Origin: Chrysemys picta bellii
Taxonomy: Eukaryota
NCBI RefSeq assembly: GCF_011386835.1
Contig: NC_088797.1
Span: 34,286,001 to 34,350,000 of the forward strand
Length of the DNA: 64,000 nucleotides
Reading direction: 5' to 3'
Shown one piece after another: positions 11,196 to 24,810 of the stretch; within the stretch, counting starts at the first letter, position 1; each line of letters starts with the position of its first letter. The notes below the pieces were generated by a model. That model was not told the DNA's origin. It made no database searches and worked only from the letters and a program-made list of their open reading frames with translations. Position numbers and translations under genes: made by a program.

Positions 11196-14100
11196 TCAGC
11201 TGTTACACTTCTTGGCCACTATGAGAACGGCCGAAGGCACCAAACCTGTTGGGGCAGGAGACAGGCTGAAGCCAGGAACCGAGTGCATATGGGTTGTGAG
11301 GGGAGCAGGTTTGATCCCTGAGAGTGGGAGCGATTTCAGCACAGGGGTCTGAGCTGGAAGGGCCCTGGGTGTTCTGTGGTTTGCATCCTCCCCCGAGAGC
11401 CTACAGGGCCGCAGCCTACCCTGCCCAAGTGAGGACAACAGGGACAGAGCTGGCTCTTGCAGTGGACTCTCTGCTTACAGCTCGGGCTCCTGTCCCCAGC
11501 ACCAGCCAGCAGCACCACCCCACAAGCAGACTCCATGCCCTCCCTTCTCTGATGGGGGCCCCGAAGGAACAGCTGGTGGTCCTGCAGTCATGAGTCCCCA
11601 GCCCAGATCTGTTCTCAAAGGACTCCCCGCTGTTGCTTAGTGGATAGAGTAGTGGGGTCTGGGAGTCAGGACTCCTGGTTTTATTCCCCAGCTCTGGGAC
11701 GGGAGTGGGATCTAGTGGGTCAGAGCAGGGCACCTGGGAGCCAGAACTCTTGGTTCTATTCCCCAGCTCTGCTGCTAACCGTGCCCTCAAACCAGTCACT
11801 TTGCCTGCCCCTCCCCCCCAGGCTTACCTAGCTCCTGCAAGGGCTTCTCCATGTCCTCGTCAGTGAAGATGCGGCGGGGAAAACTGGTGAGGAGGTGGAA
11901 GGGCTCCCCGCCATCCTTGCGGTTCAACTCTATGTACAGCCGCACGGCTGCCAGCTGCTCCTTGGCCTTGAAGGTCTGCGTGAGCGACGTCCCGTCCAGC
12001 AGTCTCACCTGGACGGAGGGCAAGAGGGGCTGAGTGCAGGCCCCATGCCACAGTGGGGCAGCATGCTGGGAGGGCCAGTCCCCCTGCGTTAAGAGGAGAG
12101 CTGCCTGTGTTCTCCTTGTCTTGCAACTCTGGGTGTTATCTCAGAGACAGAGGGCTTCCTCCAGAGCTGCAGCAGCAAGCCAGATCAGGCCAATATCCCA
12201 GTGACTGCCTGGGACCCCCACCACCCTTCCCAGCAAGACCTGCTGTCTGCACCCACCCAGAACCCACAGCAGGGGATGATGGGGGGTAGACTGGCATGTG
12301 TGTAACGAGCAGATGGACGAAGCACAAGAGTCTGTGGGGCTGCCCCCTACCCGGGTACCTGTATTCGGCACTGGTCATACTCTCTCTTCGTGGGCGGTTC
12401 CTGGCTGGGGGATGAGGGCACCGGTGTCTCCTGCGCTGACTCGGCTGGGGCCTGGGAGCTGCTGCCACCTCCAAACTGGATGGGAAAGGTACACAGAGTG
12501 GGACAGGCACTAAGATGCAAATGGGTTCCCCTTCCAGCCCAGGCTTCCCTAGGGACCCCACCCACCCACTCCCTAGCACTCACACAGCGCCCCCCCCCAC
12601 CACCACCACCACCCATACCCAGCAGGCACAGGACAAAGCCACACCCAGGGCATCTCCCTCCCTCCATATAGGGAACTGAGCATGGGATCTCACATGGTGA
12701 ATGGGACCCACCACAGCCCCACCCCCTCATCAGCTCTTCCCCCTACAGCCTCCTTCCACACACACACACCCCACAACCTCCTTGCACCTCCCTCCCCCAG
12801 CTTAAGGAACAGCAGTGGCAGGAGCCACCATGGGGGGCCCGGATCCCACCCAGCCACGGCTGCTTACCCACCTTCTTGACTCGCTCTGCCTTGTCCCGCT
12901 CAATCTTCTCACGCACCCGCTGCCTGCAAGGAGAACAGGCCCAGTTAGAGGTAGCAGCATGGCAGAGGGCGTTTCTGCTGCAACGTCACGGCAAGGGCAA
13001 GTTCCATATCTACATCCACTCCTCCCCCTTTCCCCAATGCACCCCATCCCACTGCCCACCACTCCCTCCACCCATGCACCTACTCCCTCAGTCCCCCACG
13101 CATCCCCATCCCACTCTCCCCGGGCTCTCACTTGGCCAGCTTCTCCTCCATCTTCTCCCTGCGCCTCTCCTCTGCCATCTTCTTCATCTCGTCCTCCTGC
13201 AGCTTCTGGCGGATCATGGAGAGCTCCTGACCCTGCTTGCGCCGCTGCTTCTCCCGCTCAATAGTCTCCCGCTTCTCCCGCTCCTCCCTCTCCCGCTGCT
13301 TCTGTGCGATCAGCTCCATCATCCTGCGGGAGGGACAGGAGTGGGCACCACCTTCCACAGCCCCTGCTTCCCACAGGACCCACAATCCCCCTTGCTCCAA
13401 GAGCTACGCTTCCCAGCATGCCATTCAGCTGGCATCCCAGGGGGACAGGTCTCTCCCTGACAGCCAGGAAATCAGGGAGGTTGAGGGGGTCCTTCCTACC
13501 GCTTGGTCTGTTCCCTCTTCTCCTCTTCAGTCAGGGGGTGCTTGTCATCTCCCTCCGCCGAGCCCTCCTCCACGAGATCTGTAGGGAAAAGCCTCCATTA
13601 TCCTCTGCTCAGAGGCGAGCACCTCCTGCTTCCCACACGGGGTACACAGGTAATGAGCAAAGCACTGGGGCATCAGGGTGGGACCAGGATCCTTCAGAGC
13701 CCCCGTCACTCCAGGGCCTACCCCACATGGATGCGGGGGGGACCACAAGTGTGTGAGCCTGGACCGCAGCAGGGCTCCCAACCCGCCCCTCCTTCAGGCA
13801 AAGCCCACCCCTGAGTCAGTGGGATCCCAGCGCAGGTGGAGGGGGTCGCTCAAGGAAGGAACAGCCAAGAAGCAGGCAAGATACTGGTGCATATGAGCCA
13901 CGGCTCAACCTAGAGGATCCCACAAGTCAGGGTGAGCAGCTTGCCCCCCCTCCACCCAGCGCAGGCAACTCCCCAGGGCTGTTCAAACCTGCTCTGGCTT
14001 CCACGGTCTCGGGGGTGCTTCCCTCGGGTGGCTCCTCCGTGCCCAAGACATGGCCCTGGGGAGGCACGTACGGCTCATCCACGTCAGGGTCATTCTCATG

Positions 14101-16375
14101 CTCCATGAGCCTTTTGAGGAGAGAGAAAGAACAAGCATCAGCAAGGAGAAGGCAGAGTCACAAAGGATGGAAACGCAGACAGATCTAGGGGGAGGGGGGG
14201 CTCCAACACACCAGTCCATGGCCTGCTCGATGCCTTGGTTCCCCGTCAGCGCCAGCGCCTTCTCTCTAAAAGAAACAAAGACAGCCATGGCTGAGTTCCA
14301 TGCAGGAGCTGCACAGCTCTATTACTGCCCCATTCCCACAGCAGCATCGTACCCATGAAATGCTTCATAGACCAGAGACAGATGGACAGCTCAATGGGGT
14401 GACCCAAACCGCCACTGTCCAGGCCCTGAGAACAAATCTGGGTCTCCCCCTCTCCGGCCAATTGACAGAACATTACCCCCAACCTGGAATAGACACCACA
14501 GCCACCAGTGTAACATCAATCCGCGAGCCAGGGATGAGGGGGACTCAGCAGGAAGCACAGAGGGGCCCGTGCCAGGCTGTATAACTGAAGTGATAATAAC
14601 TCATGCTGGTGGAGGCTCTGGAAGGACTAGAATACTGTCTGCTTCAGGGCTGAGCCAATCCTTAGATATTGGGGGCTAAGATGAGGCCTTCATGGGGCAC
14701 GTTGTCCTACAGCTGCTTACTCCTTTGGGTGCAGAGGCACAAATAGCTCCCTTCTCTTCCCCCCTTACCCCCCCAGCACTGGCCCCTCAAAACCCTCCTA
14801 CTGCCTAGGAAGGCCTACCCAAGAGCACGGAGGTGATTTCCCTTCTGCTCATGGCCTTGGTGAGATCAAGACTGGAATCCTGGGTGCTACCTTTGAAATT
14901 TGGTGTTGAGCCATTGAAGAGGGTGAGGAGAAGAGCCTCAAAAACAATTTGAGGGCTGAAGAAAACGCCTGACGGTGAGAGACTGAAAGAGCTCAATCTG
15001 TTTAGTTCATCAAAAAAGAAGACAGAGGTGATCTGACTAGAGCATACGTAGTGGGGAAAAGAGCAGGCACTGAAGGACTCTTTAATGTAACAGAGACAGG
15101 GAGAACAAGAACCAACGGCTGGAAGCTGGTGCCAGACACATTCCAATGAGAAACAATGCACGTTTTTTCCCAGGGAGGGTGATTGACCATTGGAACAAGC
15201 TCCACAGTGCAGGGGTGGAGTCTCCATCTCCAGCCCAGGCTCACTGCCCTTCTGGAAGATGTGTTAGTGAAACACAAGTGATCAGGCTCAATTCAGGGGG
15301 AACTGGGAGACATTATCTGGCCTGTGCTATACCACAGGGCAGACTAGTTGATCTAATGGTCCCTTCTGGCTTTACCCTCTATAACAGCTTCTAGTAATCC
15401 TCTGAAGCACCCTGGGAGCCAGGGCGAGAAGGACCCTGGTTCTGCTCCAGTTGGTCCATTGCAAGGGAACTGACGCTGCTGGCCCCTACATCCAGCTTTG
15501 ATACATGTAGCAGATTTGATTTCAAACAGATCCTGCTGTTCACACTCACTGGCTGTGTTCACTGGCCGGTCCCCCAGTGCTGTTCATGAGGGCGTGCCCA
15601 AGCTGCTGGGGTTGTGAATTCAAGTTAAAGAACATCAAGCTGGCCCCAGCCCCTGCTTTGATTTGGTATTACCAAGGGGGTGCAGCACAGGCATCATTAC
15701 ACAGTGTCTCTGACATGTGACACAGCCAGTCTCCAGCCTCGTCCCAGGGGAGCATTGTATAAATAAATAAATATATGGAGATATATTTATCTCATAGAAC
15801 TGGAAGGGACCCTGAAAGGTCATCGAGTCCAGCCCCCTGCCTTCACTAGTAGGACCAAGTACTGATTTTTGCCCCACATCCTTAAGTAGCCCCCTCAAGG
15901 ATTGAACTCACAACCTTGGGTTTAACAAGCCAATACTCAAACCACTGAGCTATCCCTCTGCCCAGTAAGCATTCCTTGTTTAGTCTGAAGAACCCGGGGC
16001 GGGGCTGGGCAGCGGCATCATCCCTGTTGTTCTGGTGGGGAAATTGAGGCAAAGGGACAGGACTCCCAGTCCCCATCCTCTAACCCACTAGACCCCACTC
16101 TCCTCCCAGCACTGGGGATAGAATCCAGGAGTCCTGCTCTCAGCACTAGATTTTCCCACATTGCACCAGATCCCGCCGTGCTGCCGTTCTACAGCCATAG
16201 CCCATGACCCCCAGTCACTGGTAGGGAGCATCCCGACCTGGTCAAGATGCAGTGGCAGCTAAAGCAGCCTGTGGACGGCTGGGAGGGCAATGAGGGGATG
16301 GAAATAGGGGCATACATACGCTCTGTTCTGGGAGAAGCCCATCTCAATGAGACTCTCCAGTGCTGTGCACTCCAT
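11196..16375 (-). CDS. UBXN1: UBX domain-containing protein 1, 300 aa
   Basis: Coding exons 16375-16320, 14265-14212, 14110-13989, 13578-13500, 13323-13132, 12923-12872, 12475-12359, 12008-11828 and 11245-11196 (903 nt, all phases consistent). UBA ([14 protein letters not shown]), coiled coil and UBX (FPRR...LVPSAVLIV). 5'UTR exon donor near 17246; AATAAA(-) at 10946-10951. Confidence 0.97.
14800..15395 (+). mobile_element. Degenerate CR1 3' fragment in a UBXN1 intron
   Basis: CR1 ORF2 end and 3'UTR-like text (GGACTAGATGATCTAATGGTCCCTTCTGGC-like). Confidence 0.75.
15758..15963 (-). mobile_element. Tortoise-type tRNA-derived SINE
   Basis: Closely similar to the copy at 9894-10094. Confidence 0.9.
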
Positions 16376-17246
16376 GATGTGCTGCTCTGGACCGAGCTCT
16401 CTCTCTGCAAAGGGAAGAGAGGGAGAAGACGTGTTACAGGGCAGCTCCAAGAGGATCGGTGGCTGCTCAAGGACAGAGTGGGACAGCTGGAGAACAGGAT
16501 GTAATATGTGGCACATCCACTACTTGAGAGGTTCCTTGGGCCTGGACCCCACATCTCTCCCAGTGCCAGGAATAGAACCCAGCAGTCCTGGCTCCCAGCT
16601 CCTATTAGATCCCACAGACCCCTTGGGCTCACATGATTTATGCTGCTATAGTGGGATTCACCCCAGGACTAAGCAGCATCACACAAGAGGGTTACAGGTA
16701 GGCCAGGGGGCAAAACCCATGGCAGACAAGGGCAAAGGGGCCACTCAGGCTGTGCCCAGGTGCAGAGCATTGTCCCTGAAGAGGTGTCCAGGAGCCAGAG
16801 AGGATGGGGTGTGATGTCATTTAGCCCTCCTCTACCCACTGGGTTAAAGGTCCCCTTAGACCCTGCAACCAATGACTGGATACACCCAGCTCACAGCTAC
16901 ATTCAGGCCCTGGCACCGGGGTCCACTCTCCTCCACTCCCCACCTCTGCATGTCTAGTGGCACCCCCTCAGGCGGAGACTCCGTCTCATCCCTTCTTTAC
17001 AACCCCCAGGCAGAGCCCCCCCACACCTCCCACAAGCCCCTGTATCTCCCCAGAGCCCCCCTCCAAGCCCCTGTATCCCCCTGTAGAGCCCCCCAAGCCC
17101 CAGTATCTCCCCACAGAGCCCCCCACATCCCCCTGCAGAGCCCCCCCAAACCCCTGTATCTCCCCACGGAGTCTCCCCTCGCGGGGGGCGGGCTAGGGGA
17201 TCTGGGGGGGCAGGTCCCGGCGGGGGATGGTATCCTGAGGACTCAC

Positions 17247-17400
17247 CAGGTCCAACTATCGGAGGCTCCGCGCCGGAAGCAGCGAGACTCGAGCGGCCGC
17301 TGTGTTTGGTCATGTGAGGGCGGCAGACGGCAGCCGCCCAGGAACAAACTGCGTCGTTCCGCGCTCGTCCTTAAAGGGGCAGAGACCCGGAGCGGAGTGG
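17247..17400 (-). promoter_or_regulatory. UBXN1 CpG promoter and first (non-coding) exon
   Basis: CpG-rich, CCGGAAG ETS core, donor CTG|GTGAGT at 17247/17246. Confidence 0.65.
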
Positions 17401-17975
17401 GGCTTAGTGGTTAGAGTGGGGAGGGGGGGAATCAGGATGCCTGAGTTACATCCCTAGTTCTGCCACTGATTCACTGGGTCACTCGGGGTGAGTCACAGCC
17501 CCACTTTCTGCCTCAGTTTCTCCACATCCAACGTGAGAACCTACCCATTAATAGCTGCCCAAGCCACACTCCAGACAGGGGGTCCACAGAATAACCAGGA
17601 CAGAGAGAAACATCCAGCCATGCCCTCTCTAGAGTGACCCCTTTCCCCCCTCATCCAGTGGAACTTATCTCAGCCTCCCCACTGCAGGAGCTGTCAGGTC
17701 CCAGGCTCTGTCTATCTCACTGAGCCTATGCCAACATAATCTGGTTCCCATCACCATAGCATCTGGCTCCCTCACAATCTTTACTGCATTTATCCTCACA
17801 CACCCCAGGGAAGTAGAGCTAGGCTATTATCCCCATTGAACAGAGCAGGAACTGAGGCACAGAAAGACTAAGTGACTTGCCCAAGATCACACAGGAAGTC
17901 TGTGGCAGAGCCAGGAAGTGAACCCGGATCTCCCAAGTTTCAGACTAGTGCCCTGACCAACAGACCATCCTTCTT
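17400..17975. mobile_element. Two MIR/CORE-SINE-like fragments (about 17400-17535 on +, about 17700-17975 on -)
   Basis: CORE-like TGCCTCAGTTTC and GAACTGAGGCACAG...AAGTGACTTGCCCAAG. Confidence 0.7.
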
Positions 17976-18847
17976 TTCTTGTGGAAGCAAGCCCCCTGGT
18001 GCCAGAGGAGAGGAGTGACGAGCCCAATGCCCATCCCCAAGCTTTCGACTCTTTTAGGGCTTGTCTGCACAGTGAAGTTATTCTGGACTAAGGTAGGGTG
18101 TGAATTCAAAGCACAAGGGCTATTCTGGAGCAGTTTCCCAGGTGGCTGCTTTTACTCTGGAATAGCTGTTCCGGTCAATCTCCCCAGTCATGATGAGAAA
18201 AGACCATTGTGTGCCAGGGCCATGTGCTACTGAGGAGACTGTGCTGCAGCCCATAGTCTGCATTCCGTCTCCAGTCCCTGTGGGATGCACATTGCCCAGG
18301 GCCCCAGCAGTGAATGGACACTGTGCTAGGACATGATCTCTACAAACTCAGCTCCCCCCTAGATTCCTCGTGATCTCCTTTGATGCCCTAAATCCACCCC
18401 ACACCCAGCCCAGTAAGGTGGCTCCCCAGTCAGGGAAATGCAGAGCAAAGGAGATATTTCAGGGGGCCCAGCTGTTGTTACTCCAAGACAGATGTGGGGG
18501 TGGCAGCCTGATTTTACCCAGGGAGATGGGAGCTGAGACAAGGAGCCTGATCTGAACCTGGGGGATGAGGTCTTGGGTGAAGGGTGGAGTCTCTTCGCTC
18601 CTCTCTTGGTCTACGAGGCAGGTGGAAGAGGAGATGACTTTGCTTTGAGGGCACATGTGGTGTGAGATGGGGCTGTGAGAGACATCTCCCTAACCCAGCA
18701 TGACACTGCTCAGGTTGGAACATCCCAGCTGAGGCCACAAATGTTTCCTCGGTGATGCCCTGCATCCGGAACCTGCACACATGAGCAGAACCTTGACCTT
18801 CCTGGCCCAGCACCAGTGAGGGGCTGGAGGCACCTGGGCTGGTCAGG

Positions 18848-20534
18848 ATGGTGAGAGGCAGTGGATGGGAGGAGTTTGTTGTGTGTATGTCAAATGGCTG
18901 CCTCATCTTGCCCCACCCCAGAGGCAGCTGCATCTCCCCGCTGGATGAGGGATCCCTGTGTAAATAGCCCCTGTGCCCCACCCCAGAAGGGGCTGCATCA
19001 TAGTTCTGGGCAAGGGATTCCTGTATAAACAGACGCCATACCTCATGCCAGAGCCAGCCACATCTCAGTGCTGAATGAGGGATCCTTGTGTAAACAGCTG
19101 CCATGCCCCCATCCCAGAGGCAACTGCATCTCAGTAGCAGAGGCAGCAGTCTCTGTATATATACTGCCTGCAGTGCATGTTGGGATCCCACCAGCAAAAT
19201 GTCAGATACTGTCATATTGAGCACTGTAGTCCCTTTCACCCCCTCATCTGTCTGTCTATCCTCCCCTTGCAGCAGCCCCCAGACGCAGGATCACACCTAG
19301 GCCTCATGCCTCATGAGCCAGGTCCAGCCTTGTTCTACCCGGCATGGCCAGCTCTCAGCATCCCTCCAGCCCCTTGGGCATCTGGAAATATTGTGGCACA
19401 AGAGCATAACTACTGCAGCTGGCCAGACGCTGAGGGCGTGCGAAGAGCCCCCAGCTCGGAGAGAGTGGGGCCGGCCTCAGTCAGAAGGAGACGGCAAACG
19501 CATCAGGGCCCAGGGTACAAAGCTAGTCAGGTGAGTTGGGGGGCAACAATGCTGGTACATCTGGATAACAATTGGGGGCCAGGGATCTGGGGGACTGGCT
19601 CAGAGCCACAGCCCAGGTCAGGACCCCCATGCAGATCAGTGATCCTTAGAGATCCTACAAGACCGAAAAAGGCATCTTATCTAACCCTACCAGGGGATCC
19701 CTGTATAAACAGTCCCTGAACACCACCCAAGAGGCACCTGCATCTCAGCATTGACGAGGGTTCCCTGTATGAAGAGCCCTTGTGCACCACCTCAGAGGTG
19801 ACTGCATCTCAGTGCCAGGTGAAGGATCCATGTACAAACAGCCTCCGCCCCTCACCAGAGGCATCTCCATCTCAGTGCTCCCCATGATTCCTTCCTGGTG
19901 GGATTAGTGAATTACTGGGTAAAAAGTGCTGAGACGCTCAGATGAAGGGGGGCCTCTAGAGGGTGCAGCATGGGCATTATTATATGGCTGACTTATGTGA
20001 GGTGGAGGGCCCCACACTCCCAGCCAGCAGGTCTTGTACAAGGCAGTGACAGGGGATTGCTGGCGGGGTGGGGAGAGCAGCTCTGAGTTCTAGTTTGGCC
20101 CCTCACTCTAGCTCTGCCCTTTCTCACAGGGACCCTGGGCCTCTATGCCCCCCGGACCCACAACAGCCAGCGTCTTCTGCAGCCACCAGCCCCTCAGGGT
20201 GAGGAGGAGGGCAAAGGCCCAGGCTGTTCAGCCACTCCAGATCCATGGCCTATCCCGGGGCCAGTATCAGCAGCTGTTCCGCTCACTGGTGGAACGGGAG
20301 CTGGATCCAACAGAGACCCCAGGCCATGGGCTAGAATGGGGCCGCAGGATCAAAGAGCAGCTGTTCTACGCTGTGGGCTGCCCCCGCTACCGGCAGCTGG
20401 TGGGCCCCGACGGGCATGTCCGGGTAGTGGAGTATGCGCACCGCACTGGGCACAGGCAGGCCCCACCCCACTATGACATCGACACTGGGGATGAGGAGTC
20501 ACCTGGCACCGAGGAGGCACCAGGCCCACCCTAA
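18848..20534 (+). CDS. Uncharacterised C22orf31-like (DUF4662-like) protein, about 221 aa
   Basis: Model: ATG at 18848-18850 directly followed by GTGAGA (in-frame stop upstream at 18794), exon 19273-19530 (phase 0, ends CAG|GTGAGT) and exon 20130-20534. The C-terminal LQIHGLSRGQYQQLFRSLVERELD...GLEWGRRIKEQLF...CP resembles the remembered DUF4662 pattern IHG-x(4)-YxxxYxSVV...YSLELGxxIKxxL. An alternative ATG lies at 19306. Confidence 0.7.
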
Positions 20535-20733
20535 GAGGCCAATCCTGCAGAGCCCAGCTGGGCCCAGCCACACGCAGGCAAACCTCTGTCAATTACACTG
20601 TGAACGTGGCAGCGTGTGATCTATGTCCTGTCTGTTGTGAAGGGACCGAGGTGGAGCTGAGTCTGGGTCAAGCCAGGTAATTGTTCCCAGCCCTGGGTTT
20701 CTTGATTGCCCTCCCAGGCATGGACCCCATGGG

Positions 20734-21462
20734 TAGGGTTACCTACGTCCGGATTTTCCCGGACATGTCCGGATTTTTGGGCCTCAAATCCCTGTCCGGG
20801 AGGAAATCCCAAAAAGCCGGACATGTCTGGGAAAATAGGGAGGGAGGGGTCGTGGTGCTCGGCCGGGGGCCAGAGCCGCTGGGGCCGGTGGTGCTCGGCC
20901 GGGGGCTGGAGCCACTGGGGCTGGCGGTGCTTGGCCGGGGGCCGGAGCCACTGGGTGCGGAGCCGCTGGGGCTGGGGGCTGGAGCTGCTGGGGCCGGGGG
21001 CCGGCGGAGCGCAGTGCTCGGCTGGGGGCCGGAGCCGCTGGGGCCGGGGGTGCTCGGCCGGGGGCCGGAGCCGCCGGGGCCAGGGCAGGCCGGAGCTGCT
21101 CGGCCAGAACCAGGGCCGGTGCCCCAGGGCCCGAGCTGAGCCGGGCGGGAGACGCCGGGGCCAGAGCCTCTTGGCCTGGGCCAGCCGGCCGCCAGAGGGA
21201 GCCGCTCGGCCGGGGGGGCCGGACTGGGCCGCACCGCGCCCCGCCCCAGATCCAGCCCCAGCTTACCTGCTGCCTCCCTGTTTCAGGCTTCCTGCGAACA
21301 TTTGATTCGCAGGAAGCAGGGGAGGGGGAGGAGCAGGGGGGCAGAGTGTTCAGGGGAGGGGGCAGAGTTGGGACAGGGACTTTGGGGAAGGGGCGGAGTT
21401 GGGGCGGGTCTGGGGCCCTGTGGAGTGTCCTCCTTTTTTTAAATTAAAATATGGTAATCCTA
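20734..21462. mobile_element. Non-autonomous hAT element, 729 bp
   Basis: TIRs TAGGGTTACC...GGTAATCCTA; perfect 8-bp TSD CCCATGGG at 20726-20733 and 21463-21470; GC-rich internal tandem repeats. Confidence 0.9.
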
Positions 21463-22249
21463 CCCATGGGGCTCCGCAGTCCAGCTGCCCTCGACCCCAG
21501 AACTGATGCTCCAGGCCTCCTGAACCCCTAGTTGCTTACATTGACATCCCACTGGCTGTGGGTGCTCTGGGCTTCTAGTTTAACCTCTTGAGGGACAATA
21601 CGGCAGGAACGCAGGGAACACAGAGTTAACGAAGGCAGCTCTGAACCACAGTCACTTTACTCTCCAAAAGCGTTCAAGAGTAATGGATCTCTGGAAAATA
21701 ACAAAAGTCCAAAACCCCCACGCTGCTGGACTCCCCCATCCTGTGCATCCAAGGCCTCTGCTGGTGTTTCAGGCTGTTCAGCTTCCTCCTGTCCTTGCTC
21801 TTCTGCTTCCATGTGGCAATGGCTGCTGCCCACTCAGTGTAGCACCCCACTCTCTTCCTTCTTTGGCTGTGTGGTTAGCTGGATAGCTCCCATACCCTCC
21901 CCCCAGCCAGGCACCTGTGCAGAAGAGGTCCAGGTGGGTAGCTCACCACTCAAGAGTCATTTGACCGCGACAGCTGCAGATTATGAGTCCTGGTGGATTC
22001 TCCGTGCTGGGCCTTTAGCAAGCTGCCACGCCCCTGGGCTGGGCAGGGAAGCTGGCTGTAGGCATTTAAATAGGTTCACCTTCATCAGGGTTACATCATA
22101 CAAATTGGACTTCACAGTTTGATATAGACATATCCCACTGTGTCACATAGATATCCTAGTACAGAGCCGCCCCTCAATGGGGCTGGGATTCTCAGTTACC
22201 CCAGTACAGACTCCCTTGGGTGGAGCTGGGATTACCAGTTACCCCAGTT

Positions 22250-24487
22250 AAAACCATTTAAGAACACCTTACTAATGCACAAAAAGCTTCAATCCGAGAA
22301 CTGAGGAAGAAGACTGTGCTGGTTAAAAAATTGACCTGGTTTAGAGGGGAAGAGAGGGCAGAGATTAAATATATATAGAGAGAGAGAAACACATGGAAAA
22401 AAGGGGACGTTGATAGTAATGAATATATATCAGAAGTTAGGCATTGCAGAAAATTGATAAGGGAAGTAAACAGAAACAAGGAGAAATCTATGATCAGCAG
22501 AGTTAAGGACAATAAGAAGGAGTTTTTAAAATATATTAGGCACAAATAGAATCCTGACAGTGGTATTGGTCCATTACTAGATGGAAATGGTAGAACGATC
22601 AATAATAATGCAGAAAAGGCAGAAGCATTAAATCAATATTTCTGTTTTGTATTTGGGGAAAAACATGATATAGTCTCATCATATGGTAATAATAACCATT
22701 CCACTCATATCTTTCCATTCAGCTAGTATCTCTAGAGGATGTTAAACGGCAACTACTGAAGTGGGTCATTTTAAAATCAGCAGGTCCAGTTGTCTTGCAT
22801 CCACAAGTTTGAAAAGAGCTGGCTGACAAGCTTTCTGGACTGTTACTGTTGGTTTTCAATAAGTCTTGGAGCATTAGGGACGTTCTGGAAGACTGCAAAA
22901 AGCTAACATTGGGCCATTTTTTGAAAGGGTAAACGGGATGACCTGGGTAATTATAGTCCTGTCAGCCTGACATTGATCCCAGGCAAGATAACAGAGCAGT
23001 TGATTCATGGCTCATTTAAGAATTAAACGAGGGTAATGTAATGCGGATCAGCAGGTTTTATGGAAAATAGGCATATTTATGGCAAACTAACTTGATATCT
23101 TTTTTGATGAAATTACAAGTTTGGTTGATAAAGGTAATAGTGTTGACGTAATATACTCAGACTTCTGTAAGGTGTTCGACTTGGTACTGCCCAACATTTT
23201 TATTAAAAAACTAGACTGATATAAAATTAACATGTCCCACATTAAATGGATTTAAAAACTGGCTTAACTGATAGGTCTCAAAATGTAACTGTAAACAGGG
23301 AATCATCATCAAGCATGTGCGTTTCCAGTGGGTCCCCCAAGGATCAGTTCTGGGCCCTATATGCTATTGAACTTCCTCATTAATTATACCTCTACCCCAA
23401 TATAACGCTGTCCTTGGGAGCCAAAAAATCTTACCGCGTTATAGGTGAAACCGCGTTATATTGAACTTGCTTTGATCCGCCGGAGTGCACAGCCCCACCC
23501 CCCCGGAGCGCTGCTTTACCGCTTTATATCCGAATTCGTGTTATATCGGTTCGCGTTGTATCGGGGTAGAGATGTACATGGAAGAAACATAAAATCGTCA
23601 ATGATAAAATTTGCAGATGACACAAAAATTGGGGGAGTGGTAAGTAGTGAAGAGGACAGGTCTCTGATTCAGAGCAAATCTAGATCTCTTGGTAAGCTGG
23701 GTGCAAGCAAAGAATATATCTTTTCATATAACTAAATGTAAAGGTATACAGCTAGGAATAAAGAAAGTAGGCCATACAAACAATGGGGGACTATCCTGGG
23801 AAGTAGTGACTCTGAAAAAAGATTTGTGGGTTGTGGTGGATAATCAGCTGAACATGAGTCCACAGTGCACCTCTGTGGCCCAAAAGGCTAATCCAATCCT
23901 GGAATGCATAAACAGGAATCTCAACTAGAGGTACAGAAGATTTCTGCATTTAGCACTGGTGTGACTGCTGCTGGAATACTGTCCCCTGTTCTGGTGCCCA
24001 CAATTCAAGAATGATGTTGATAAATTGGAGGATTCAGATATGAGCAATGAGAATGATTAAAGAATTAGAAAACATGCCTTATAGTGGTAGAATCAAAGAG
24101 CACAATCTATTTAGTTTAACAAAGAGAAGGTTAAGGTGTGACTTGATAATAGTTTGTAAGTACCTACATGGGAAACAAATATTTAATAATGGGCTCTTTG
24201 ATCTACAAGAGAAAGGTAGAACGCGATCCAATGGCTGGAAATTGAAGCTAGACACATTCAGACTGAAAATAAGGCGTAAAGTTTTGACAGTGAGCGTAAT
24301 TAACCATTGGAACAATTTACCAAGGGTCCTGGTGGATTCTCCATCACTGACAATTTTTAATTCTAGATAGGATATTTTTCTAACACATCTCCTCTAGTTC
24401 AATCAGGAATTAATGCAGGGAGGCCTGCATTATACAGGAAGTCAGATGATCATAGTGATTGATCCCTTCTGGCCTTGAAATCTATGA
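22250..24487 (+). mobile_element. Degenerate CR1 LINE (ORF2 remnant through the 3' end)
   Basis: RT remnants ([11 protein letters not shown] at about 23600), many stops and frameshifts, 3' end ATCTATGA. Confidence 0.9.
23387..23574. mobile_element. Tc1/mariner-type MITE nested in CR1
   Basis: TIRs TACCTCTACCCCAATATAACG...CGTTGTATCGGGGTAGAGATG, flanked by TA on both sides. Confidence 0.8.
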
Positions 24488-24810
24488 AGCCTCTGCTGGT
24501 GCTGGGAGTCCCAGTTTTCTGCAGTGCTGACTCCCTGGGTAGAGCTGGGATTCCCAGTTTCCCCAGTACATCGGCCCTTGGGGTTCCCATATCTGAGCTG
24601 CCCCATGCGGACCCCAGGAATGGGGGTACCTGCTCACTCACATCCCAGCTTGCAGAGAGAAGAGGAGACATCTTCCTGCTGAGTCGAGGGCTGTGAGACT
24701 GGGAGCAGCCTGTGTGCTGTGCTTGCCAGCTGGTGGTGGGCTGGGCAGGCAGCCACAGGGGGAGGGAGCGAGTGCTGTCCCTTTAAGGAACCCCCAGGGA
24801 CAACGGGACT

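Noticed and set aside
20681-21305. Gly/Pro/Arg-rich ORFs of 150-200 aa
   Set aside because: They lie within the TIR/TSD-bounded hAT MITE and come from its GC-rich internal repeats.
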